Notes: generated by a model from the sequence alone, not told the origin. DNA of 64,000 nucleotides from an uncultured virus (IMG/VR IMGVR_UViG_3300008117_000469) (IMGVR_UViG_3300008117_000469), one strand, 5' to 3'; positions 19,413 through 30,206 are shown, counted from the first letter of the stretch. Translations and numbers: made by a program.

Positions 19413-22334
19413 TTATTGAGTTTTATAAGCACCTACAGACATTGCTGTACCTACTTTTGTACCATTTAGATATATGTTTCCTCCTTGTCTAACAGCTACA
19501 ATTAATTCATCTAATTTAGCATAAAATTTATCAAGAGGAACTACTGCTTCAGCACCAGCTTCACCAACTAATGCTCTTGTAGGACCAGTAACAATACCTC
19601 CAGTAGCCATTGCTTTTTCACCTAAAGCCATATTACCTAACCCAGTAAATGCTTTATCAGGAACTAAACCAACTAAATTATCAGTAACCCATTTAATAGG
19701 AGACATTCCAAATGATCCTAAAATACCATCTGCTATACTAATAGCTGTACCAAAACCTGGGATAAAAGCAGTTGCCGCATTAGCAATAGGATAAGCAGCT
19801 GCTTGAACTAAACTTTTTCCTAATTTTCCAGCATCTACTTTTTCACCTGCTGCTTTTCTTTCTCTAGCATCTGATAAAAGGGAAGATATACTTCCTACTG
19901 ATTCAATAACTGCAAAAATAGGTCCTAAAGCTTTTCCAAATCCTTTAGCAATTGGTCCTCCTAAGATTTTTTTAACACCTCCAAAAGTACCTGAGATTTT
20001 TTTACCGATACCTCCAAAGAAACTTCCTACTTTACCAAAGAAACTTCCACCTTTAGCAGCTTTTGTTGCTTTTGTAAATCTTCCTGTTTTTGGATCTCTT
20101 GCTCTTGGTGTTGCTGATTTTGTCTTTGAAGATGAAGGAGTTGATGATGATGCCATATCAGAAGCCATATCCGCAGCATCTACACTAGTATAAGCCATAT
20201 CTTCTCCAGACATATCTTCACCACCGTCACCACCAAACATAGATGCTAATCCTAGTCCAGTCATAGCTAGATTAGCTATACGACCAAATCTACCTCCTCT
20301 ACCAGCTCTACCAGCTCTACCTTTTCTACCAGCTCTACCTTTTCTACCTCTTCTACCTCTTGATGATCCACCACTAGTACCACCATCATCATAACCTCCA
20401 CCTCCACCTCCAACTATATTAACATTTAGTGGATCTCCTGCTCTACCTGAAGGTTTACCTTTAAAGGCATTAATAAGTCCTCTACCTACTACGAATAAAC
20501 CGAAGGCAGTAGCTGCTAATCCAGCTCCACCAGCTAAACCTGATAAAAGTTTAGAGCTAGAAATTTGTTCCATAAATCCTGAAAATAAATTCATAGCTTT
20601 AGTAACTGGTCCTACTAGAAACTTCATAAAGGATTGTTTTAATCTTTCAGCGGTTTCAGCCATTTTTTCACTATTAGCCATTTCTTGATCAGCTAAAGCT
20701 ACAGATTTTCCTTTAAGGACTTGTTTTTCTAATTCTGCTGCTTTTTCAACTTGTCCAGCGGCTTTTAACTCTTCAATTCTTTTCTTTAAAGCAGAAGCTT
20801 CTTGTTTATCTAAAGAATCAAGTTGTTTTTGTTTAACTAAAGAATCAGCTAATTCATCTGCACTCATACCCAAAGCTTTAGCATAAGCTTCTTGTTGAAT
20901 AACATTCATTTTTTGGAATTTAGCTAATCCATTAGGACCTAAATTTTTCATTAATTCAGCGGCAGCACCTGCTGAGTCTCCTTGAAGAGCTAGATATCTA
21001 GCTTTTTCTAAATTTAAATCTTGTCCTGTAAGTAGTTCTGCTTCTAATTCAGCTGAAATTGAATCTTCAAAATTTAATAAGGCACTTGATATATTTTTAG
21101 TTTGTTCTAAGGTCATACCAAGTTTTTGAGCTTGAGTTACTGCTTTTCCTAATAATTCAGGATTATTTTTATATTGAGCAGCTAATTGACCTGATGTTTT
21201 TAATACTTCTGAAAGGACTTTTTTATTATTTAAAACTCCTTTATTTTGTCTTCCAATAGAATTATATATTTTTTCCTGAGATTTGCCAGTTAATAATGAA
21301 AATTTCATTATACCTGCTCTTTCTTCAGCTTCTAAACCAGCATTTTTAGTTAAAGCAACTTGATCTTTTAGTTGCTTTTCACTTAACATTACATTAGTTC
21401 CTAAGAAATTATTAATTTCATTATTAGCAGCAAGAACATCTTTATGAGTTTTTCCCATATGGATAGCCATATGTTCTAACTCTTTATTCATTTCATTAGC
21501 TGCTTCGAAACTTAACCCAAGATTCTTTTGAATAGCAACACTTTCTTCATTAAACTCATTAGCGTATTCTATCATGCTATGGAATACCTTAGCAGTCATT
21601 GTTATCTGAGTTAATGGATCTTTAAATGCTTCTAAAAGTGAAGAACCCATACTTCTAAGACCAGCACCTAATACTCTAAAACCACTTCCTGTTTTAGCTG
21701 CTTCTCTTAAATCTTCATTTATTTTTTCAAAATGTTCTGATTCAATTCCTATGTGTTCAAGGCTTTTTGCTATACCTTTAAAAGCTGCTCCTGTAAGACC
21801 TAAGGTTTTCTGAATTTTTTCTTCAGTTTTTAATTCAGCTTCGACTTGTTTATTGATATCTTTTAATAAACCAGTTTGTTCATTTAAAGCATCTGTAACT
21901 TCTCTATATGCGTCAGAATTTTTATCTAAAAGTTTTTGATTTTCTTTTAAACGTTTAACTTCTTCAGCTGTTTGTTTTTTAATATTAACTAATTGTTTAA
22001 CCGTTAAAATTTCTTCATTTTTTCTATGATCACTAATTTTACGAGTTAAACTTTCTAATTTATCAAAAGCTCTAGTAGTTTCTTTTACTGGGTTTGGAGC
22101 TCCTTTTAAATCTTGAACTATATTTTTTAATGTAGCTGAAATTGTTCCAAAACTGTCTCTTAAATCCTCAACATCTTTTTCCATTTCGGAGATAAGTTTT
22201 CTAGCACCATTAATACCACCACCAAAAGCTTTGATAGCAGCATTCATGTCTTTAAAAGACTCACCTCCTAAATTTTGAATTTCTTTTTTTAGTTGTTGAA
22301 TCTGTTTTTTTAAGTCTTGAATATTATCAGCCAT
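19413..22334 (-). CDS. tail tape measure protein
   Basis: Long Ala/Gly/Lys helical protein after the tube and chaperone genes; C-terminal MATGGIV.GPT.ALVGEAGAEAVVPL motif. Confidence 0.88.
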   Translation of the reverse strand: MADNIQDLKKQIQQLKKEIQNLGGESFKDMNAAIKAFGGGINGARKLISEMEKDVEDLRDSFGTISATLKNIVQDLKGAPNPVKETTRAFDKLESLTRKISDHRKNEEILTVKQLVNIKKQTAEEVKRLKENQKLLDKNSDAYREVTDALNEQTGLLKDINKQVEAELKTEEKIQKTLGLTGAAFKGIAKSLEHIGIESEHFEKINEDLREAAKTGSGFRVLGAGLRSMGSSLLEAFKDPLTQITMTAKVFHSMIEYANEFNEESVAIQKNLGLSFEAANEMNKELEHMAIHMGKTHKDVLAANNEINNFLGTNVMLSEKQLKDQVALTKNAGLEAEERAGIMKFSLLTGKSQEKIYNSIGRQNKGVLNNKKVLSEVLKTSGQLAAQYKNNPELLGKAVTQAQKLGMTLEQTKNISSALLNFEDSISAELEAELLTGQDLNLEKARYLALQGDSAGAAAELMKNLGPNGLAKFQKMNVIQQEAYAKALGMSADELADSLVKQKQLDSLDKQEASALKKRIEELKAAGQVEKAAELEKQVLKGKSVALADQEMANSEKMAETAERLKQSFMKFLVGPVTKAMNLFSGFMEQISSSKLLSGLAGGAGLAATAFGLFVVGRGLINAFKGKPSGRAGDPLNVNIVGGGGGGYDDGGTSGGSSRGRRGRKGRAGRKGRAGRAGRGGRFGRIANLAMTGLGLASMFGGDGGEDMSGEDMAYTSVDAADMASDMASSSTPSSSKTKSATPRARDPKTGRFTKATKAAKGGSFFGKVGSFFGGIGKKISGTFGGVKKILGGPIAKGFGKALGPIFAVIESVGSISSLLSDARERKAAGEKVDAGKLGKSLVQAAAYPIANAATAFIPGFGTAISIADGILGSFGMSPIKWVTDNLVGLVPDKAFTGLGNMALGEKAMATGGIVTGPTRALVGEAGAEAVVPLDKFYAKLDELIVAVRQGGNIYLNGTKVGTAMSVGAYKTQ
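20283..20360 (-). repeat. 9-nt tandem repeat encoding GRR-GRK-GRA (Gly-Arg-X) within the tape measure gene
   Basis: Plus strand tctacc(agc/ttt/tct) units; protein SRGRRGRKGRAGRKGRAGRAGRGGRFGR. Confidence 0.85.
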
Positions 22335-22370
22335 TTTAAAAATTAGATTTATTATAAATATTAGAAGGCA

Positions 22371-22652
22371 TCACTTTTTGGATGCCTTCGTAACATATGT
22401 TGGAACATTTATTTTATTTTTAGCTACCGCACCAGCGGATTTCATTGCGTTAATAGATTGTTCTACTACATCATTTTGTTTTTTATTATTTGTTTTATCG
22501 TAGTGTTCAAGGATTTTATTATAGGTAAATTTTCTTAACCATATAGGCATATCATATATTGTATTATAATCATACCCTCCTTGACCATAAAACACTATTT
22601 CATGGATTTGAGTAAATAAATTACCCCTATACTCAGGCGTCAGGCCAAAAAA
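22371..22652 (-). CDS. tail assembly chaperone C-terminal extension (probably expressed by frameshift)
   Basis: Frame is open from the T7 run at 22647-22653 (FFGLTPEYRGNLFTQIHEIVFYGQGG...MPIWLRKF); only a GTG start internally. Confidence 0.65.
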   Translation of the reverse strand, partial: FFGLTPEYRGNLFTQIHEIVFYGQGGYDYNTIYDMPIWLRKFTYNKILEHYDKTNNKKQNDVVEQSINAMKSAGAVAKNKINVPTYVTKASKK

Positions 22653-23397
22653 AGTTAATCCCGATTGGGATAGTGATGTCCTCCTCTACACCATTATCAA
22701 ATACATAATGATATTTTAAATCTATACCAGGACTAACTGAACTAAAATATTCTCTAAATGCTCTAGAATCTTTAGCTAGCAATCCATAGTCAATGAATTC
22801 TCTAATGGTCTTTTTATCATAATCTCCATTTACTGAAAGAATCATATGACGGAATCTAGTTGTAACTTCAAAATTACCTTTAGGATCAAGTTTTTTCAAT
22901 CCTTGAATTTCTCTATCAATAGATTGCTCATCACCATGAGTTAATAATTTAAAAGTAATTACATTTCCTGTGTGAGGTAATTTAAAAGTAAATTCATTTT
23001 TACCTTTTTCACTAATTAATTCCTCATTTAGAAATTTTTCTTTAACTGTTGTTAAATCTATATTAACTGTTTCTTCAACATCACCGTATTCTGGGTAGTA
23101 ATTAAATGAATAATCTTTACCATAACCAAGAACACGAGCTGCTAACATCACAGCATCTTTATCACCAACTAACAAATCATTGTAATCAAATTTAGTTACA
23201 AGCATAGATTGTAACAATTTGTCAATAACAATTCCTTGTTTAATGTAGTTTTGGTTAGTTAAAATATCTTCTTCTCTAGCAGTCATGTATTTCATTTCTA
23301 CTTTTCCTTCTGCTAAAGGATGACCTTCAGGGTACAATATACCTTTTGAAGGCAATTCTACAACTTCTGTTGGGAACTTAAATTTATTTTCTTCCAT
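22633..23397 (-). CDS. tail/baseplate assembly chaperone (T4 gp26-like)
   Basis: VELPSKG..YP, MTAREEDIL, LLVGDKDAV..AAR..GYG, FKLP and terminal FFWP; located between tube and tape measure genes. Confidence 0.8.
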   Translation of the reverse strand: MEENKFKFPTEVVELPSKGILYPEGHPLAEGKVEMKYMTAREEDILTNQNYIKQGIVIDKLLQSMLVTKFDYNDLLVGDKDAVMLAARVLGYGKDYSFNYYPEYGDVEETVNIDLTTVKEKFLNEELISEKGKNEFTFKLPHTGNVITFKLLTHGDEQSIDREIQGLKKLDPKGNFEVTTRFRHMILSVNGDYDKKTIREFIDYGLLAKDSRAFREYFSSVSPGIDLKYHYVFDNGVEEDITIPIGINFFWPDA

Positions 23398-23440
23398 AAA
23401 TATTTTTTAATAACTTTATTATCGTATATAAATATATGAG

Positions 23441-23476
23441 AAAAAAAGAAGCTCGCAAAAATTTGCGAGCTCTTTT
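23441..23476 (-). terminator. rho-independent terminator after the tail tube gene
   Basis: GCTCGCAAA-TT-TTTGCGAGC stem followed by TTCTTTTTTT on the minus strand. Confidence 0.85.
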
Positions 23477-23493
23477 GGTTTTCTTTTATTAGA

Positions 23494-23982
23494 TTAGAAG
23501 TTCAATACACAGTAATCAGGTTGAACTGTCATTGTAAGGTTTACTGCAGTACCATCATCATCCCAGTTGTAATCACCAAAATTGGCTTCAGTAATTAACG
23601 CACCTTTGATAATCCATTCTGATACGATATCACCTACAGGTCCTAATACATCGAAAGTTAAATCTTTCTTATAGAAATCTGAATAACCATCACGACCAGT
23701 TACTGATTCGTGGTGTAAACGAACCCATTCCATCACTGCTTGAGCACCTGAAGGAGTGATAGGATCGAACAATGTAAACTGAATTGTACCCCATGTTGTT
23801 TTTCCTTTCACAAAACGTTGTACGTTAATGTGATTCAAAGGAACAGTACCTTGAGTTAAGTTTACAGCACCAACACCTTTAATTTCATATGCTGGGATCC
23901 CGTCAATGTACATGATAAAGCGATTCGTTTGCTTTGGTTCAAAGGCGGTGAAAAATATTTCGTTTGGATCTAATACTGCCAT
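23494..23982 (-). CDS. tail tube protein (gp19-like)
   Basis: FEPKQTNRF, GKTTW..I..TL.D, W....GA tube pattern; directly downstream of sheath. Confidence 0.9.
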   Translation of the reverse strand: MAVLDPNEIFFTAFEPKQTNRFIMYIDGIPAYEIKGVGAVNLTQGTVPLNHINVQRFVKGKTTWGTIQFTLFDPITPSGAQAVMEWVRLHHESVTGRDGYSDFYKKDLTFDVLGPVGDIVSEWIIKGALITEANFGDYNWDDDGTAVNLTMTVQPDYCVLNF

Positions 23983-24027
23983 TTTATTTATCTATTTGTT
24001 TATTATAAATATTCAATCTTTAAAAAA

Positions 24028-25758
24028 TTATGCTGGGAAAGTAGCACCTGTTGGTAAGATGTTGAAATCCAAGTAAATGAATTCTGCAGTCTTAGTAGGT
24101 TGGATATAAATTTGACCTACCATCTGATTTCTATCAATTACATCAGCTGTGTTATTACTATCATCCATGATTACTTTGAAAGCATACAAACCTTGACGTT
24201 GTTGTACTGATTCTAAGTATGGGTTAACTTGGCTTAAGAATTGGTTTCTTGTAGCGATAGTATTTTGTTCGAATACTAAGTTTTGAGCTACTTGAGAAAT
24301 GTAAGACTTAAGTTGAATTAACAAACGACGAACATTTACACGATCAAGAGCAGATGCTCTAGTTTGTAATGTTTTCTGACCGTATACTACAACTCCTGTT
24401 CCAGGGAATGTTGCAATTGGGTTAACTTTGTTTGTATATAAAGTATCACGGTTAGCTTGAGATAATTTCTTTTCAGCTCTAATTACTGTGCTTAAACCAC
24501 CTCTGTTAATACCTGCTGGGGCAAACCATGGTTCAGAAACACTATCATTGTAAGCATAAACACCACCTACCATTGTTGAAGCTGGTACCCATACTCTTTG
24601 AGCTGAATCTGGATCAATTGTTTGAACCCAAGGCCAGTAAGTAGCAGCATATGAAGTATTTTTAGCATTTGCTTGAGTAGTTACATCACTAATGCTTGAG
24701 CTATAAGGTACTAAATCAACTACGTAAATAGCATCACCTCTAAATTGTGTGTTATTAATTGCTGTAGTTACTTGTGATGCTCCTAAATTAGCAGTTGCTG
24801 CTGAAAGGCCAGGAGTTAATAATATGTTATATCTGTAGTCATCTGCATTACCTAACAAATTAATCATTTGAGTGTAAGCACTTGCTGTAATACCTTGAAT
24901 GTTTGTAGAAGCTACATCAATATTGTTATAGAAATCAGCAACTCCTACGAATAAATTACCTGTTGCACCACCAAATGAACCACTAGCATTTGAAGGAATT
25001 GAACCAGTAAATTGTGCTTGTGCTACACCAGCATTGTTAAAGTAGAATGGAGTTGGAGTTAATACATCACTTACATAAACGTATCTTGAGTTATTTGGAT
25101 AATCACCAATTACTTCAATTTGATTATCTTGAGCATTGTATTGTCTATATTGGTTACCAATAATTCTAGATACATAGTTAGGAGCTGTTGGGTCCATTGA
25201 TAGATTAGTCCAAGTTTCTAATACAGTAGGATTAGTAGTTGTATCATTACCTTGTCTAATTAATAGACTAAATGTTCCTGATGAAGTATCGTAGTTAGAA
25301 ATTTGCCATCTAACATTATCAGCAGAACCACTTGTTAATGCACCAAAAGCATCTTGAGAAGATGTGCTATTTTGAAGTGCACCTTCAGAAATTGTTTTTA
25401 ATCTGAAAGCTTCATTACCATCAGCATTTAATATTGGAGTACCTAATGAACCTGAAGTTGATGCTTCTGAAAATGAACCAGTTACTACTCTTGATACTAA
25501 AAGAGTTTGACCTCCATTTGCAAAATAGTTGTAAGCAGCAATTGAAGTAAAGTAAGTGTAAACTTGGCTAGCACTTAAAAAAGTAGTACCGAATTTATTT
25601 TGGTAATCACTATATGAAGTAACAATTGTTGGTACTTCAACTGGACCTTTTACTGTAGGACCGATAATAGCTGCTCCAACGGTTACTGGTTGAGAAGATA
25701 CAAATGAGTTATCGTTTTCTAACGCTAATACACCCGGAGATATTAATGTTTCTGCCAT
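24028..25758 (-). CDS. contractile tail sheath protein (gp18-like)
   Basis: SPGV, GPTVKGP, YWPW, PWFAPAG..RG, NPI, GQKT, RVNVRRL, FEQN, P....EFI. Confidence 0.96.
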   Translation of the reverse strand: MAETLISPGVLALENDNSFVSSQPVTVGAAIIGPTVKGPVEVPTIVTSYSDYQNKFGTTFLSASQVYTYFTSIAAYNYFANGGQTLLVSRVVTGSFSEASTSGSLGTPILNADGNEAFRLKTISEGALQNSTSSQDAFGALTSGSADNVRWQISNYDTSSGTFSLLIRQGNDTTTNPTVLETWTNLSMDPTAPNYVSRIIGNQYRQYNAQDNQIEVIGDYPNNSRYVYVSDVLTPTPFYFNNAGVAQAQFTGSIPSNASGSFGGATGNLFVGVADFYNNIDVASTNIQGITASAYTQMINLLGNADDYRYNILLTPGLSAATANLGASQVTTAINNTQFRGDAIYVVDLVPYSSSISDVTTQANAKNTSYAATYWPWVQTIDPDSAQRVWVPASTMVGGVYAYNDSVSEPWFAPAGINRGGLSTVIRAEKKLSQANRDTLYTNKVNPIATFPGTGVVVYGQKTLQTRASALDRVNVRRLLIQLKSYISQVAQNLVFEQNTIATRNQFLSQVNPYLESVQQRQGLYAFKVIMDDSNNTADVIDRNQMVGQIYIQPTKTAEFIYLDFNILPTGATFPA

Positions 25759-25809
25759 TTTGTAGAGTTAATTATTGTTTTGTTATAAATATGTTAAATT
25801 TTTTCAAAA

Positions 25810-26058
25810 TTATCTCGAGACTATTTCTCCCGTGGATAAATTTATGTTTACATCACCATATTTTTCTTGTAACAAAGCACCAATTTCTACTTCGGCATTT
25901 TTAATTTGTGATAACTCTTCGATTAATTGTTCTTTTTGTAATTCTAAATCTTGTATGTTGATTTCAAGAATTCCAAAACGTTCAACTAAATCTCCTCTTT
26001 TATTATTTAATTCTTGTAATTTAGATAACTCTTCTGGTGTTAAAACTTTATTTTCCAT
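25810..26058 (-). CDS. small coiled-coil protein
   Basis: MENKVLTPEEL... heptad pattern ending KYGDVNINLSTGEI; late motif immediately upstream of ATG 26058. Confidence 0.75.
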   Translation of the reverse strand: MENKVLTPEELSKLQELNNKRGDLVERFGILEINIQDLELQKEQLIEELSQIKNAEVEIGALLQEKYGDVNINLSTGEIVSR

Positions 26059-26059
26059 G

Positions 26060-27259
26060 TTAATAAATATTAAGCAATTTATTAAGAGATTCAATTACTC
26101 GAGAAGGTTCAATAACTTTTGTACATTCAAATTGACGTGGAGTATCCTTATGATCTGGGCACCATTCCCAATCACCTGGATTTAACCAATGACGATTAAA
26201 GCATCCTCTACAAACTCTAGGATTATCAGGGAATATACGTTCACAATCTTGCATTTCAGTATATGGATAACTAAATCCTGAAATTAAAACTGTTGGGGTA
26301 TTTAATGACCAGGATAACCAACTTAATCCGCTTCCTACACCAATAAAAGCATCGGCATCACGAATATCAACCATTCTATCTTCTAAAGGAAAATCTCCGG
26401 TTTTATTAATTACTCCTGTTAAAGTTCCACCAAGTTTTGAATCATGCCACTCATCACCTAAAGGTTCTTGAGTTAACATAACGACTTTATAATCTTTGCT
26501 ATTTAAATAATCAATAACCGTTTGCCAACCTTTTGGATACATCCAATACTTAGCGTGAGCTGAAGCATGAGGGGCAATAACAACATATTTACCTTCAATA
26601 TCTGTTTTTCTATCAGGAGTATTAATTATAGGTTTAACTTCTCTATATTTCATCCCTAATATTTCAGTAGCAGTTTGTTGTAAAGGATATTTTTTAAAAT
26701 CAATAGGAGTTTTATCAAATACTACTTTTTTATCGTCATAAAACCAACCAATAGCAAACATACCATATAAATTATTTACTTCAGTTCCGGGTTTTACGAA
26801 TTGAATTTCGGGGTAATTTCCTTCAAACCAATCATTGTGAAAAGTTGAGCAAACTAATTCACAATTGTTTTCTTTTCTAAATTCCTCAATTACTGGGAAC
26901 CAAGCTAATGTATCTCCTAATGCTGTAGAATCTATATGAACGTATACTCTTTTACCTGTTGGATCAAAATTATGTTCCAAAACTAAAGAATTAGTTTCTT
27001 TATCATAAATTTCAATACGCCATCTAACTAAATATTTTATATTAGGTCGAGTCCACATATTATTACTAATTGTGTTCTCAAACAATACTCTATTTGTTTT
27101 ACTATTAACAAATTTTATAACATATTCTTTTTGGAGGGGACCTAAAATTTCTACAAATGCTCCATTAACAAAATTAATGTTAAATGTATTTTCAGGTTTT
27201 TTATGAGGTATTCCTAAAATTTTAGTATTGTTATACTCATTGATTAAAACTTCTTTCAT
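26060..27259 (-). CDS. Aah/TibC-like protein O-heptosyltransferase (GT-B, iron-finger cysteines)
   Basis: ALGDTLAWFP..EEF, FIGVGSGLSWLSW...PTVLISGFS, and four Cys in VCRGCFN...WCP.H....FEC. Confidence 0.82.
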   Translation of the reverse strand: MKEVLINEYNNTKILGIPHKKPENTFNINFVNGAFVEILGPLQKEYVIKFVNSKTNRVLFENTISNNMWTRPNIKYLVRWRIEIYDKETNSLVLEHNFDPTGKRVYVHIDSTALGDTLAWFPVIEEFRKENNCELVCSTFHNDWFEGNYPEIQFVKPGTEVNNLYGMFAIGWFYDDKKVVFDKTPIDFKKYPLQQTATEILGMKYREVKPIINTPDRKTDIEGKYVVIAPHASAHAKYWMYPKGWQTVIDYLNSKDYKVVMLTQEPLGDEWHDSKLGGTLTGVINKTGDFPLEDRMVDIRDADAFIGVGSGLSWLSWSLNTPTVLISGFSYPYTEMQDCERIFPDNPRVCRGCFNRHWLNPGDWEWCPDHKDTPRQFECTKVIEPSRVIESLNKLLNIY

Positions 27260-28200
27260 ATATGATTATTAAATAAATTTATTAATTCTTTTGAACGATT
27301 AAACCATGATAATTCTTGTGCTGTATTTAAAGAATTTTTTCTATATTCACCATATTTTTGGGTGATATCCTTTAAACCTCTTAACATTTCTTTTAAATCA
27401 CGAGGAGCTCTCCACAATCCATGAAATGTAGTTGATTCTTCAATCCATCCAAGTATAGGTAAACCACAAGCTGCTGCTTCTAATAAAGTTAAATTAGGAT
27501 GACCAGCTTCTAACTCACTTGGATGTAAAAATATAGTATGAGAAGTATAAATTTGTCTTAAATCATCATTTGAAGGTTCCCATATTATTGTTAATTTAGG
27601 ATAACCTCTAACCCAAGGATTATCTTTAACCCAATTTTCATTATTTTTTGGACCAACAATAGTAATAGGTAAATCAGCAGCCATTGCTAATTGTACTCCT
27701 AATCCAAATCCTTTTCTATCATATGCGCCATAACCTCCTAAACCATTATTTGCTAACATTAATAAGTTATGAGATATTGGAGGTGTTTCATTTGGGTAAA
27801 AAATATTAGTATTTACACCATGTGAAAAATAATGTACATTAGGTAAATCAAAATATTCAACTAAATAACGAGCTGGGACTAATGAAAAAATAGATTTAGC
27901 CATTGCTTCTCTATTTTCTTTATATACACCTGAATCTTTTCCATAATGATATGCATGGTGATCATGGTGTTGGAATATATAAGGAATACCTCTATCTGCT
28001 AATTCTAAAGCTAAATTAGCAACATGAACCATAACAATATCATATTCACCTGGAATGATTTCTGAGGCGAATTTAATATCTACTTCGTGACCTAATTCTT
28101 TTAAATTACAAGTGAATTCCCATACGATTTTTTCTATAGCACCCCACGCTGGAGGTGGGATTGGGATTCCACAACCTGGATTGACTTGACAAATTTTCAT
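27256..28200 (-). CDS. glycosyltransferase family 4 (GT-B)
   Basis: IPPPAWGAIEK, HGVN, RKG, HPSELEAGHPNLTLLEAAACGLP. Confidence 0.9.
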   Translation of the reverse strand: MKICQVNPGCGIPIPPPAWGAIEKIVWEFTCNLKELGHEVDIKFASEIIPGEYDIVMVHVANLALELADRGIPYIFQHHDHHAYHYGKDSGVYKENREAMAKSIFSLVPARYLVEYFDLPNVHYFSHGVNTNIFYPNETPPISHNLLMLANNGLGGYGAYDRKGFGLGVQLAMAADLPITIVGPKNNENWVKDNPWVRGYPKLTIIWEPSNDDLRQIYTSHTIFLHPSELEAGHPNLTLLEAAACGLPILGWIEESTTFHGLWRAPRDLKEMLRGLKDITQKYGEYRKNSLNTAQELSWFNRSKELINLFNNHI

Positions 28201-30206
28201 AATAACTCCATAGTACCGTTTGTCGGTAAAATATTTTTTAAATAATCATTATCTATTTTAATTGTTTTTAAAGCAATAAATTCATTAGTTTTTAAATCTC
28301 TTGTTTCTAATTCAAATATAAAATCATTATTATCTTCTAAAGAATAATAAATTATTTTCCAAAATGTAAGACTTCTTTCAACATCAACGTCGTGTTCCCA
28401 AACAACTTCACCTGAGTGAAATTTGGTTCTTACTATGAATTTTCTAGCGTCTCTATTATTACTAGTTCTAAATAAAATTACATACTCATTAGAACTATCT
28501 TTTACAGGAATTAAAGTAAAATATTCTGCTTGTGAAAAACTAATATGATCTAAAGCTTTTTCACATACTTGAGTAAATTTTTCATTACTTTCCCAATATG
28601 CTTTTGAATCATTTATTAAATGATGATACCAAATAGTTTCTAACCCATTTGAAGGAGCATTAGTTTTGATTTGAAGATCATCCCAATCTTTTCGTGAAAA
28701 AATTTGAGGAAGATATTGTAAAAATGTTTTAGGTCTTATACCCATAAAAGCTGTTCTCATTTGTGGAACATCTCCCTTACCATCTAATAATTTTTCAGAA
28801 TATAAAGAATGTTTATTTAAAATTTTAGAAACATAATTAATTTGTTCGATATCTTTTAAATGATAATCATAATTAATTAAATATGCTTTTTTAATTCCTA
28901 AATTATCTGCTAAAGCCATAGCATTGTGTATATTATTATGGCAAGCTGGTCCATGATAAAAATTATTACCAGCATCTGAAGTAATTCTAGCCCATATTTT
29001 CCATTCAGGTTCTTCTATAAACCATACCCAAGGAAATGTATGTTCAGTAGTTATATTATTTTTATCATATATAACATAATCTGAAAGTTCTTGGATTTCT
29101 TTGGAAACAGGGTGATGAGAGGTTGTAATAATAACTCTATTATCTTTTCGTAAAGCTTTTAAACATTCTATTGTAATTTCTTCTATAAGAGAATTATTAG
29201 GATAAGTTCCTACAATATAAGCTTCTTGTTCAGGAAAAATTTCATCATTATCTTTAACACTTTCTTTAATCAATTCACAATTTTTTTCAAAACTATCAAA
29301 TTCAAGATAATTAACGGTATCAAATTTGTCAAAATAATTCTGATAGACTTCAAGATTATAAATTAATGTTGGGATTTGATATGAAATTGCCTCACGAATA
29401 ACTAAAGGCATTGTTTCTTTATCATTAACTGAACCTCTAGATGTAAACAAAAATAAATCCATCGCCTGATAAAAAGCATCTACATCTGTTCGTTCATTCC
29501 ACCATGTTAAATTGGGGGGAGTATCATTAGCTAATGGTTCCCAATACCACTTAAAGTTATCTGCTCTATTACCTAAACTATGAAATTCATATTCAGGCAT
29601 TGAACGAGCATATTCAAAAAATTCAGCTTGATTTTTACGAGATGTATATAATCCAACGTGTAAAATATGTTTTTTAGCGGGATCTAACTGTAGTTTACGC
29701 AATGCCTCTTCACGATCGGGACGATTAATGTATTCAATAGGGTATTCAACTAATACGCGTGGAATATCGATATCCTTGTATTGTTCAATTTGCCAATTTG
29801 ATACAAACATGAATTTATCTGGGAAGAATTTTTTCTGAGTTGTATCGTATGATGAATCGTGAGATGTTTCTACAATAATATAGTTTCTATCTGTTTTGTA
29901 TAGTTTAGAAGCTACATCAAAATCCATATAAAACTCAGGAATTTCTTCACTATGTACAATATCAGGTTTTACATGATTAATAATATTAATTAATTCGTTT
30001 TTATTTTCTCCCAAAGTAAAGAATTTATCGGAATCAATTAAATTAAGAATTTTATTTCGTGTTACTACTAAAACACCACCTGTAACATCTGCCCATTCTA
30101 CAAGGTATATTTCGTAGGTATCTCTAAGTAATTCTATTTTTTTGGTTAAGTATTGTGGGAGTCCGCCTGTTGATAAATGTGGGGCAATAAATAACAATTT
30201 TTGCAT
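28197..30206 (-). CDS. two-domain glycosyltransferase (N-terminal GT4, uncharacterised C-terminal domain)
   Basis: PHLSTGGLPQ, VGL...RKNQ, DLFLFTS....E.MPLVIREA; second domain with SHHP, YDKNN and INYD. Confidence 0.85.
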   Translation of the reverse strand: MQKLLFIAPHLSTGGLPQYLTKKIELLRDTYEIYLVEWADVTGGVLVVTRNKILNLIDSDKFFTLGENKNELINIINHVKPDIVHSEEIPEFYMDFDVASKLYKTDRNYIIVETSHDSSYDTTQKKFFPDKFMFVSNWQIEQYKDIDIPRVLVEYPIEYINRPDREEALRKLQLDPAKKHILHVGLYTSRKNQAEFFEYARSMPEYEFHSLGNRADNFKWYWEPLANDTPPNLTWWNERTDVDAFYQAMDLFLFTSRGSVNDKETMPLVIREAISYQIPTLIYNLEVYQNYFDKFDTVNYLEFDSFEKNCELIKESVKDNDEIFPEQEAYIVGTYPNNSLIEEITIECLKALRKDNRVIITTSHHPVSKEIQELSDYVIYDKNNITTEHTFPWVWFIEEPEWKIWARITSDAGNNFYHGPACHNNIHNAMALADNLGIKKAYLINYDYHLKDIEQINYVSKILNKHSLYSEKLLDGKGDVPQMRTAFMGIRPKTFLQYLPQIFSRKDWDDLQIKTNAPSNGLETIWYHHLINDSKAYWESNEKFTQVCEKALDHISFSQAEYFTLIPVKDSSNEYVILFRTSNNRDARKFIVRTKFHSGEVVWEHDVDVERSLTFWKIIYYSLEDNNDFIFELETRDLKTNEFIALKTIKIDNDYLKNILPTNGTMELL

